The position numbers and the translations under genes are program-made. A DNA stretch of 64,000 nt, from positions 64,001 to 128,000 of the forward strand of contig CBFGIT010000003.1 of assembly GCA_965648905.1 (NCBI GenBank), given 5' to 3'. The stretch is from a candidate division WOR-3 bacterium. Its GTDB lineage: Bacteria; Hydrothermota; Tepidihabitantia; Tepidihabitantales; Tepidihabitantaceae. Below are positions 28,521-37,271 of the stretch, in pieces. A model generated the notes under the pieces. That model saw only the letters and a program-made list of their open reading frames with translations. It ran no database searches and was not told the DNA's origin. Each line of letters begins with the position of its first letter. The stretch's first letter is position 1.

Positions 28521-28597
28521 GCAGCCTGCAGCCGACTGCGTGCAGCCAACAGCCGACAGCTTACAGCCATCAGCCGCCAGCGTACAGTTATCAGCCT
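28521..28597. repeat. Degenerate heptamer array (nCAGCnn x11)
   Basis: gcagcct gcagccg actgcgt gcagcca acagccg acagctt acagcca tcagccg ccagcgt acagtta tcagcct. Confidence 0.75.
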
Positions 28598-28969
28598 GTG
28601 GCTGAATGAGTTAGACGGCTTCGCTCGGAACGGACCAGTAAGCCTCGAACTGACGATGACTTGCCTGAGACCTGGGTCAGGGAGGGGCCGTACCCTACGC
28701 CGTAACTACGTCTCCGACTCAAAGTGCGGTTGAGCTGGCGCTTGCCTTTGTCTTACCCGGTCTTATGCCGCGCGATGTTGCCGAGGCCTTACTTCACATG
28801 TTGTCTTGGGTGCTGTCTCGACCGATGCCGCGGGCAGAAGCTCAAGCAGCAAAACAGGCAGCAGCTCGTGCAGGTAGTCAGGCAGTTACGTCAGCGGGTC
28901 TCTGAGCGTCGATGTCGGCGACTTGGCCGGCGTCAGCCCGATAATCACGCCCGGTTTCATGCAGGTATT

Positions 28970-31318
28970 CTACCGGGCGAAAACGAGCTTCGTAACGGTC
29001 GTTGATGCCGACCGGGTGCGGAGAAAGTAGACGCCCGGGGCAAGTCGGCCCAAGTCGTTTGAGCCGGACGAAAGGTCCACGACCTTGCGGCCGTCTGCGG
29101 CCAGGAGTGATGAGCCGTGTTCGGTGACAAAGAGAAGCCGACGTGCGACGACAGTTCTCGCTCCAGGCGTCGGCCCTTGCCGACGGTTCTCGGCCAGCGC
29201 AGCCGCGGTCGTGTCGCGGATAACCGTGATGCTCGAACCCGTGCTGTTTGCGACGTAGACTCGGCCGCGGTTCTGGTTGTGCGCCAGACCAATCGGGCCG
29301 TAGCCGACCCCAAGCGTCTGTTCCACGGTGTTGGTAGCGCAGTTGATGACCGTGACGTTGTCGCTTAGGGAGTTGGCGCAGTAGACCCGGTTGTGCGGGC
29401 GGTCGTAAAGTAGTGCGTTCGGGCCGTCGCCGACCGAAGCCGCAGCGACGACTGCGAGCGCGGCCACGTCTACAACCGAGACCTGGTCGCTGCCGTTGTC
29501 GGCGACGTAGACCAGAGGCCCGGGGCCGCTTGTGAGCGCGCTTGGCATCAGGCCGACCGCAACCGTGCCGAGCACGCTGTCACCGGCCGCGTCGATCACC
29601 GAGACGCTGGCGCCACCGTTGTTGGCACACGCAATTCGGCCGGTCGGCTGGTTCAGGCAGAGGGCATCCGGTCGAATGCCGGTAGTGATGGTCGTGCGCG
29701 GCTGGTGCGTCAGGGCGTCAATGACGGTGACGGTATTGGAAGAGGTGTTGGCGCAGTAGACCTTGTCGCCATCCGGCCCGACAAGGAGTGCCCGCGGACG
29801 TGAGCCGACCGGAACCGTGGCGATGACCGAGTCAGTCCGGCAGTCTACGACCGAGACTGTACCCGAAGTGTTGTTGGCGCAGTAGACCGCGCGTTCAGTC
29901 TCATTGGCGACGAGGGCGGTTGGTTTGCCGCCGACCGGAATACGGGCAACGACTGTGTCGGCCGACCCGGCGATGACCGTGACTTGGTTGTCGGTTGCGC
30001 AGGCGGCATAGACCTTATCCATGCCGAGCGCGAGCGCGGTCGGATTGACCCCGGTGCGGACCGTCGCAAGGACACGGTTGTCTTCGCCGCTGATGACCGA
30101 AACCGTGCTGCTCCACTGGTTGGCCGAGTAGACTTTGTTCTGTTCGGCGTGCCAGACGACCGCTCCGGGCCAGCATCCGAGCGGGACCGTCGAGCGCACC
30201 GCGCTGGTCGCCGCATCAATGACTGTCACGTCGCAACTGTGCCAGTTGACGCAGTAGACCCGACCCGCACCTGGGTCACAGGCAATCGTCCAGGGATAGT
30301 CGCCGGCCAGAACCGTGGCGATGACCGAATCGGTTCTGGTGTCAATCACCGACACACTGCCCGCACTCTGATTGGCACAGAAGACCCGGCTCGTGGTCGA
30401 ATCAAAGCACAGGGCGACCGGTCGGTCCCCAACCCGCACCGTGGCGAGCACGCTGTCGCCGAGCGCGTCAATCACGGTTACATCGTCGGTGTTCATGTTG
30501 GCGCAGTAGACCTTGCCGGCCGGGCCGGGAATGAGTGCCCGGGGCGTGTTGCCGACCGGTAGAGTCGCGACCACGGTGTTGGTCAGCGCGTTGATGACCG
30601 TGACCGAGTTGTCGAGCGCATTGGCACAGTAGACCCGGTCGCCGGCCGCGTCACAGCAGAGCAGCCGCGGGGTCAGGCCGACCGGAATCGTGGCCAGGAC
30701 CGTATCGGCTCTGGCGTCCACTACCGTTACCGTGTTGTCTGTCTCGTTCGCGACATATATCCGATTCAGCCTGCTGTTGCCGGCGACAAAGCAGGGTCGA
30801 GCGCCGGTCCGGACCGTGCCGAGCAAGGTGTTGGTCACGCCGTCAATCACGCTCAGACGGCCCGCAGTGTACATCGCGCAGTAGACTTTGTTCCCGGTCG
30901 CGTTGACGGCCAGAGCACAGGCCGACCAGCCGATACTGATATCCGCAAGGACCTCAAAGGTCGCGCCGTCAATCACGGTGAGCAGGTTGTCGTAGTAGTT
31001 GGCGCAGTAGACCTTGTTGGCGGCCGGGTTGTAAGCCGCGTCAATCGTGAAGTAGCCGGAGCGCACCAAGGCGAGCTTGTCGCCCCGGATGCCGTCAAAG
31101 ACGATGGTGCGCTCGCCTTCCTGGCCACTGACAAAGACCGCATTGTTGGCGGTATTGACCGCGATTGCCCGCGGACTCAGGAGCCCGCCGAACGAGTCGG
31201 GCAACGTGATGGTTGTCTCAAGGAACTGGGCCGACCCGACCGAGACCGCAAACCACCACGCGGCCAACCGAACGGTGACCACCAAAGCTTCAGGAGCGGA
31301 CCGGCACCAGGGCATCAC
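28970..31318 (-). CDS. YncE/YVTN-repeat double beta-propeller secreted protein with C-terminal sorting-like domain (start uncertain)
   Basis: About 14 KVYCANxxSxTVTVID...VGxxP repeats; ends LAPGVYFLR...TKLVFAR. Confidence 0.85.
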   Translation of the reverse strand: MMPWCRSAPEALVVTVRLAAWWFAVSVGSAQFLETTITLPDSFGGLLSPRAIAVNTANNAVFVSGQEGERTIVFDGIRGDKLALVRSGYFTIDAAYNPAANKVYCANYYDNLLTVIDGATFEVLADISIGWSACALAVNATGNKVYCAMYTAGRLSVIDGVTNTLLGTVRTGARPCFVAGNSRLNRIYVANETDNTVTVVDARADTVLATIPVGLTPRLLCCDAAGDRVYCANALDNSVTVINALTNTVVATLPVGNTPRALIPGPAGKVYCANMNTDDVTVIDALGDSVLATVRVGDRPVALCFDSTTSRVFCANQSAGSVSVIDTRTDSVIATVLAGDYPWTIACDPGAGRVYCVNWHSCDVTVIDAATSAVRSTVPLGCWPGAVVWHAEQNKVYSANQWSSTVSVISGEDNRVLATVRTGVNPTALALGMDKVYAACATDNQVTVIAGSADTVVARIPVGGKPTALVANETERAVYCANNTSGTVSVVDCRTDSVIATVPVGSRPRALLVGPDGDKVYCANTSSNTVTVIDALTHQPRTTITTGIRPDALCLNQPTGRIACANNGGASVSVIDAAGDSVLGTVAVGLMPSALTSGPGPLVYVADNGSDQVSVVDVAALAVVAAASVGDGPNALLYDRPHNRVYCANSLSDNVTVINCATNTVEQTLGVGYGPIGLAHNQNRGRVYVANSTGSSITVIRDTTAAALAENRRQGPTPGARTVVARRLLFVTEHGSSLLAADGRKVVDLSSGSNDLGRLAPGVYFLRTRSASTTVTKLVFAR

Positions 31319-31372
31319 GCCAAGAGCGGGCGGGGACAGAACGCAACATCCCGCCCGCTCAGTTCATGAGTC

Positions 31373-32140
31373 CTATCTCAGGACTGAGGTTGTCACGCGA
31401 CTGGTCACGGCTCCGCGTGTCAGTTCGTAGATGTACAGGCCGCTGGCAACCGGTTGGCCTGAGTCGTCAGCAAGGTCCCACTGGACCGTGTTCGCTCCGG
31501 CCGGCATTGTGCCCGTAACCAGGGTCCGTACCAGCCGGCCTGCGGCCGAGCAAACGCGCAGACTGACCGGCCCGGCCTGGGGCAGCACAAACCGCACCGC
31601 ACTCGCGTGGGTAGCCGGATTGGCTCGGGCCAGCGCCAGCCCGAGCGGAACGGGTGGCTCCGGCTCAGCAACGCTGACCAGATAGGGCTCGATCCAGGAC
31701 CGGATGACGTACTCGTCAAATCCTTCCATGCCACCGACCACAATCATTGCCGTGTCAATCACGTAGTTCAGCGGAATGTAGCCGTTGATGCGATACTGGT
31801 TCCAGGCTGTGCCGTTGTCACCAAAGAATGGGAAGCTGAACTGACGGGCGTAGTAGCGAACCGTGGTCATGTCGTCCCAAGCGTTGATTGCCATCGGCAG
31901 GAACCCCTGGTCGCGGTAGTCGTCGTACATCGCCTGGACTCGCGGTAACTCCGCGAGGCAGCCCTGTCAGCCCGAATACCAGAAGAACAGTTGAATTGTC
32001 AGACCTTGGTAGGAAGAGAGATAGTGGTAGTTGCCGGCCGTATCCGGAATGTAGAAGTCCGGGGCCGGGTCGCCCGGGTTGGGCCCGGCAAGAAGCAAGA
32101 CCGGAGAAAGGACAAGGAGTGCGAGCAGCTTGTCGCGCAT
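31373..32140 (-). CDS. Secreted TlpA/redoxin-like selenoprotein (U58-x-x-C) with FlgD/T9SS-type C-terminal domain
   Basis: ORFs 31967..32149 and 31373..31930 join in frame through TGA 31967-31969: GDPAPDF...LFFWYSG-U-QGCLAELPRVQAMY; SECIS-like hairpin follows. Confidence 0.85.
31939..31957 (-). promoter_or_regulatory. Candidate bacterial SECIS element
   Basis: CTCGCGG-AGTTA-CCGCGAG perfect 7-bp stem starting 9 nt after the in-frame UGA. Confidence 0.7.
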
Positions 32141-32227
32141 TACGACCACCTCCTGGGTGTCGCTTGTTACCTGACGGACAGTGCCTCGACGCCTAATTGT
32201 AGCGATGCCCGCTGCTCAGTCAATCAA

Positions 32228-33583
32228 CTAGGGCACGACGGCAAGTTTCTGTGTGATTGAACAGCCGGCGCGGTCGAGTCGAATCAGGTAGACCCCGGGC
32301 AGCATGGCCCGGAGGTCCAGTTGCAGGGATGACGCCAGAATGTCGCTCGACGACTGCCGGACGCATCGGCCTGAGGCATCGAAGATGCTGACCTTCACCG
32401 GGCCACCGGCGGGCTCGTCGAGACCGGTCATTCTTAACGTGACAAGACCGGCTCGCGTCGGGCTGGGGCAGTGAGCCGCGCGGCCGGGTCCCGGCCTCGG
32501 CCCGAACTCGCTCGAGCCGACCGGCGGTCCCAGCCGTGCCCGGAACACCGCGCCCGACGGACCAGTCGTGGCGTAGATGAAACTGGTGTCGCCGGTCCGC
32601 ACCTCGAGTAGTCGGAAGACGGTGCTTGCGCCCGGGAGCCGGCCCTCACTGGTCCAGGTAATGCCGGTATCAGCCGATGAGAAGACCTCGCCGTTCGGCG
32701 TGGTTCCAGCATAGAGGCGGCCATCGCCCGCCCAGAGCAGTGAGCGGACACCGGTTGTCGTGCCGAGACTGCCGTAACCGACTTGGTACCACGTTGTTCC
32801 TGAGTTTGAACTCGTGAACACGCGCCCGATGTTCTCCTGCGGCGCGGTCTTGGGATACGTCCCGCAGAAGATGAGCCCGGCCGGTCCCTGCACCAGGGTC
32901 GTCGCTCGGCCTGAGTCGAACATCGTGTCGGTCTCGGTCCAGGTCAGGCCGTCGTCGGTTGAGCGGTACACGAGCCGGCGTTGAGCAGCCCAGGTGCCGA
33001 CATAGAGGTTACCGTCGGCAGCGGCGAGCAGGCAATACTCCGAGATTGGCGAGTACTGGGTCTGACGGACACCATTCTGCCACGTTGTACCCCGGTCGGT
33101 CGAGTAGACCGGCACGGCTGAAGAGTGAAACGAGAGCCAGTCTATGCCCGCAACGAGCCCGAGGTCCGGCCGCTCAAGCAGCGCCCAGACCGAAGACGCG
33201 CTAACCGGAGTAGGTATCGTACCGAGCACGGACCAGGTTGCACCATGGTCGTCTGACCGGTACACGCGGGGCTGCCATTGGCTGCCGTTCCAGGAGCTGC
33301 TGCCGGCAAAGATGGTATCACCCGCGCCGCTGACCAGTACGAAGACGCCAGGCTGGTCGCCCGGCAGGTCGGAGCGTTCCCAATTGACGAAGTCCGATGA
33401 GACAAAGACCGTGCCACTATCCAGGCCACCGGTATCAATCGTCGCCCCGGCATAGAGTCGACCGCCCTGGTCTTGGACAAGGTCGAAGACAAACTTGGCT
33501 CGGGCAAGCTGACCGGTGGCGCTCCAGTCAAGTGCCCTGGTGACCGCCGCGAGCAGAACCATGATGGTTAGACATCTGATCAC
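32228..33583 (-). CDS. Secreted BNR/Asp-box beta-propeller protein with C-terminal sorting domain
   Basis: SDDHGATW, STDRGTTW, STDDGLTW, SADTGITW repeats; IFDASGR...GVYLIRL. Confidence 0.8.
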   Translation of the reverse strand: MIRCLTIMVLLAAVTRALDWSATGQLARAKFVFDLVQDQGGRLYAGATIDTGGLDSGTVFVSSDFVNWERSDLPGDQPGVFVLVSGAGDTIFAGSSSWNGSQWQPRVYRSDDHGATWSVLGTIPTPVSASSVWALLERPDLGLVAGIDWLSFHSSAVPVYSTDRGTTWQNGVRQTQYSPISEYCLLAAADGNLYVGTWAAQRRLVYRSTDDGLTWTETDTMFDSGRATTLVQGPAGLIFCGTYPKTAPQENIGRVFTSSNSGTTWYQVGYGSLGTTTGVRSLLWAGDGRLYAGTTPNGEVFSSADTGITWTSEGRLPGASTVFRLLEVRTGDTSFIYATTGPSGAVFRARLGPPVGSSEFGPRPGPGRAAHCPSPTRAGLVTLRMTGLDEPAGGPVKVSIFDASGRCVRQSSSDILASSLQLDLRAMLPGVYLIRLDRAGCSITQKLAVVP

Positions 33584-33595
33584 AGGACCTCCCTA

Positions 33596-35170
33596 TCAGT
33601 TCTGAATCACGAGTTTCCCTGCCATTGAACAGCCGGCCCGGTCGAGTCGAATCAGGTAGACCCCGGGCAGCATGGCCCGGAGGTCCAGTTGCAGGGATGA
33701 CGCCAGAATGTCGCTCGACGACTGCCGGACGCACCGACCCGAAGCATCAAAGATGCTGACCTTCACCGGGCCGCAAGACCACTCACCACTCATCCCGAGC
33801 ACGACAAAGCCTGCCCGTGCCGGGCTGGGGCAGAAGATAGACCCGTTACCTGCCGCAGGCCTGGGCGTGAATGGACGCTCAGCCAAGCCGACGACAGCAA
33901 CTTGAGGATAGTGGAAGCCCATGTCAAGCTGCTCCTGGTCCGGGACCGAGTCGGTACGCGTGGTCCACGAACGGAGCAGGGAGTCAAGGTTCAGAGGCCA
34001 GGTCCAGAGCAGCGTGTCGCCTGCGTCCACGCAGGGACTTGTGGCGGGCTGGCCTGCTCCGGTGTGGCTCAGGTAGTAGGAGCCGAGTGTGCCTGAGGCA
34101 AACAGCGGGTCGAGCGAGATGTCGCCTGGCCCGGGCGCACAGCCCGAGTAGTTGCCGCCCGGGTTGTTCCAGACGTCGTTGCAGACGAGATAAGGGAATC
34201 CATTGTAGTTGTAGACTCCGCCGCCGCCCGCGGCCGCATTCTGAACGATGATGTTGTTCTTGATGAGTGCGGAATCCTGGTAGTCCACGAAGATGCCGCC
34301 GCCGTTGGCCCAGGTTCCACCCTGGCAGGCGTTGCCGACAATCGTGTTGTTGATAATCGCCGCAGTACCTGAAACCTTGATGCCGGCGCCATAGTTCCAG
34401 AGCCCGCTCCGGTTCCGGTTGTTGACTATCAGGTTGTTGAAAATGAGGGCCCGGGCCTGAGTCTCAACGTGAATGCCGGCGCCGTGGCCCCGGTCGCCGA
34501 GCGTGTCGAGGTTGTTCATGATGACGTTCTGGTAGATGAACGGGCTTGACCGCAAGCCGCAGTAGATCCCTGCGCCGTAGTTCCAGTACCCTTCAGCGCA
34601 GACATTGGCGGCAATCAGGTTGTAGCAGATTTCCGCGGTCGAGTTCATGTCGAGGTAGATGCCTGCGCCGTAGTTCCAGGTGTTGGTGTCGGAGCAGACG
34701 TTGGCGCTGATTTCGTTGCGGGTGATGAGCGGGCTGGCGTAGGAGCCGCACAGGATACCGCCACCGTAGTTCCGCTCGCCGTGCGCCTCGTTGCCGCAAA
34801 TGCGGTTGCCGACAATCGAGGGTGAACCCGGGCAGTAGATGCCTGCGGCTGACGACGCCTTGCCGCCGCTGATTTCAAAGCCTCGAATCTCGGTGGCACG
34901 GGTCAGCCCCGAGCCCATGGTAATCACTCGGCCGTTGCCGCCGCCGCTGATGACCGTTGAGTCCGGCCCGGCCTGTGAGTACAGCTTGATGCCGTCCGTG
35001 CCCGGCCAGGTAATATTCTCTTCATAGCGACCCGGTCTGGCCAGCACCGTATCACCGGTGCGTGCCATACCTAAGCCCACGCTGATGGTTGCGGCTGAGT
35101 CGGGCACGATAATGACCCGTGCCCCGGCCCCAGCCGCCACGATAACCAGCAACAGAACGATTCGATTCAC
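33596..35170 (-). CDS. Secreted right-handed beta-helix protein with C-terminal sorting domain
   Basis: NYGAGIYC repeats, IxxNxIxxN pattern, DPLF, SPCVDAGD. Confidence 0.8.
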   Translation of the reverse strand: MNRIVLLLVIVAAGAGARVIIVPDSAATISVGLGMARTGDTVLARPGRYEENITWPGTDGIKLYSQAGPDSTVISGGGNGRVITMGSGLTRATEIRGFEISGGKASSAAGIYCPGSPSIVGNRICGNEAHGERNYGGGILCGSYASPLITRNEISANVCSDTNTWNYGAGIYLDMNSTAEICYNLIAANVCAEGYWNYGAGIYCGLRSSPFIYQNVIMNNLDTLGDRGHGAGIHVETQARALIFNNLIVNNRNRSGLWNYGAGIKVSGTAAIINNTIVGNACQGGTWANGGGIFVDYQDSALIKNNIIVQNAAAGGGGVYNYNGFPYLVCNDVWNNPGGNYSGCAPGPGDISLDPLFASGTLGSYYLSHTGAGQPATSPCVDAGDTLLWTWPLNLDSLLRSWTTRTDSVPDQEQLDMGFHYPQVAVVGLAERPFTPRPAAGNGSIFCPSPARAGFVVLGMSGEWSCGPVKVSIFDASGRCVRQSSSDILASSLQLDLRAMLPGVYLIRLDRAGCSMAGKLVIQN

Positions 35171-35215
35171 AATGCCTCCTTACAGTATTTCGAACTTCTC
35201 AGCGGCCCGGGCCGG

Positions 35216-35698
35216 TTACTGCTTGTACCCGATACGACGGAGAAAAGCCCGGCGCTCAGCCTGGTCTGATTCGGTCTCAACGCCCTTGGGTTGCTCGCCA
35301 TCAATCACGCCCATGATGCCCCGGCCTTTGCCGTCATCAGCAATGACGACCGAGACCGGATTGGCCGTGGCACAGAAAACCGAGCATACCTCCTGCAGGT
35401 TCTTGAGCTGAGGCAGGACGTTTATCGGGTACGCGCCGCGCAGGAGCAGCACGAAAACATGGCCGGCCCCGATTGAGCGGGCATTCTTCACCGCGAGCGC
35501 TTCAAGCTCAGGGTCAGTCCCCGAGTGCCGAACCAGACACGGACCTGATGCCTCATTGAAGGCCAGGCCGAACCTGATGCCCGGCACGGTCGTGACCATC
35601 AGTTCGTGAATGTCCTCAACCGTCTTGATGAAATGGGTCTGGCCGATGATGACGTTGGCGTCGTCCGGCCGCTCGACCGCCACGCTCTCGAACTTCAC
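35216..35698 (-). CDS. Adenosine-specific kinase-family (DUF355) protein
   Basis: NVIIGQTHFIKTVED, FGLAFNEASGPCL, FCATANP, GRGIMGVIDG. Confidence 0.85.
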   Translation of the reverse strand: MKFESVAVERPDDANVIIGQTHFIKTVEDIHELMVTTVPGIRFGLAFNEASGPCLVRHSGTDPELEALAVKNARSIGAGHVFVLLLRGAYPINVLPQLKNLQEVCSVFCATANPVSVVIADDGKGRGIMGVIDGEQPKGVETESDQAERRAFLRRIGYKQ

Positions 35699-35707
35699 GA
35701 GCCGCTC

Positions 35708-37144
35708 CTATCGGGCAACAAGGACCTTGCGGGTCTCGGAGTAGCCTGAGCTTTCAACCCGGTACAGGTAGGTCCCGGCCGGGACGTCCTGTCCGCCCTC
35801 GTCTTTGCCGTCCCAATGGGCTGCGAATCCAAGTCCGGGCGCAGGTGTCATGCTCAAACTGCGTACCAGCTCGCCCGAGGTATTGAAAACGTTGATTGTC
35901 GCCCGCTCGACTCTCGGATAGGAGAAGTAGAACGTGGTCGTAGTCCCGAACGGGTTGGGCGATGCCGTAAGCCCGAGCTGGCCGGGTAGCACGACGCCCG
36001 ACTCACTCACGCCCACGCCCGAGACGTTGAACGTCACCATCGTGCTCTCGGGCGAGCAGACCGGCCAGGTGGTCCAGAACTCGATATCCCGGGCCAGCGA
36101 GAAGCTGTCCATTGCCCAGACATAGTAGTCCACCCTAGCCGGCGGCGTTACCGCGGGAATCGTGAAGTAGAAAGTATCACCCCGGGCCGAGTCCTCTGCG
36201 GTCGCAACCCAGGCGCCCGAGTTCACCCGGTAGCAGAGCGACTCAGCACCCCGGGCATGGTCGTCGGTGATGACCGACCAGACCGCATACGGGCCGGCAA
36301 AGGTTGTGTCCGGCCAGACCCGGGTATTGCTGAACGCGGGCGGAACCAGGTCCCAGTCCGGGACATAGCAGGACGAGAGTTGCATGAAGGTCTCGACGTT
36401 GATGAAGTCCGGGGAGGCGCCATTCTGACTCATTGCCGCGGCCACGCCGTTTGCGCCGACAAAATGGCCGGGCACAACCCACTCGTAAATCCAGCGCCGG
36501 TCGTTCGTACCCAGGTTGTCGGTGAACACCATATTGTCACGGATAACAAGACACGGCCAGTAGTACTCGCCCGACATCGGCACCTTGACCTTGCCCCTGG
36601 CCACAATCCGTTTGGTATGCTGTTCGACCGCCTGATACGGCACGCCCGGGATGATTTCATACTGCCAAGAGACCGCGCTGATCCAGCCTGCGCCATAGTA
36701 CATCGGCGTGGTGTAGACGTTACCGTCCGGCTGATAGTTGCCGATGAAGCGGAAGGTCTGCTGGGTGAAGTCGATGCCGTCAATGTAGAGCCCAAACTCG
36801 TCCTTGTCCTCGTAAATCCACTGGACCGAGTTCGAGCCCAGGGTGTCGATTTCCATGATTGACGGCGCGGGTGGGTCGGTCGCCATCGACTCTGGCGCGG
36901 GCGGTCGGCCTTCGGTCGGCGAACGCAGGCCGACCCGGGCCCACTGGCCGCCCGGATACTGGGTCAAGTTCCAGTGTTGACGCGTCGAGTCGAACGGCGT
37001 CCACATGAACAGGCTGCGGTTCTGCTGGAACCGGCCATAGGTATCGATTTCGAGCGGGATTTCACCGCTTCCAATCATCAGATTGTGCGCCGGAAACGAT
37101 GCCCCGAATCCGGCAAGGAACAGAAGGACTAAAGTCCGGTACAT
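35708..37144 (-). CDS. Secreted protein with FlgD-type C-terminal domain
   Basis: Signal peptide; SPNPF...WDGKDEGG...GTYLYRV. Confidence 0.75.
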   Translation of the reverse strand: MYRTLVLLFLAGFGASFPAHNLMIGSGEIPLEIDTYGRFQQNRSLFMWTPFDSTRQHWNLTQYPGGQWARVGLRSPTEGRPPAPESMATDPPAPSIMEIDTLGSNSVQWIYEDKDEFGLYIDGIDFTQQTFRFIGNYQPDGNVYTTPMYYGAGWISAVSWQYEIIPGVPYQAVEQHTKRIVARGKVKVPMSGEYYWPCLVIRDNMVFTDNLGTNDRRWIYEWVVPGHFVGANGVAAAMSQNGASPDFINVETFMQLSSCYVPDWDLVPPAFSNTRVWPDTTFAGPYAVWSVITDDHARGAESLCYRVNSGAWVATAEDSARGDTFYFTIPAVTPPARVDYYVWAMDSFSLARDIEFWTTWPVCSPESTMVTFNVSGVGVSESGVVLPGQLGLTASPNPFGTTTTFYFSYPRVERATINVFNTSGELVRSLSMTPAPGLGFAAHWDGKDEGGQDVPAGTYLYRVESSGYSETRKVLVAR

Positions 37145-37271
37145 AAGACCTCCGGGCTGGTTGCTTCAGGTTATTCTAGGCAATCGACGGCCCGGGTCAA
37201 GGCCGGTTTCGCTTGACAGGCCCCAACGAACGGCTACTATCCAGACCAGCAACGTAACCAAAGGAGGTTCG

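Noticed and set aside
28724..29005. 93-aa Cys/Gln-rich ORF
   Set aside because: No RBS or known motif, it overlaps the convergent gene end, and its composition follows the 12-bp DNA periodicity.
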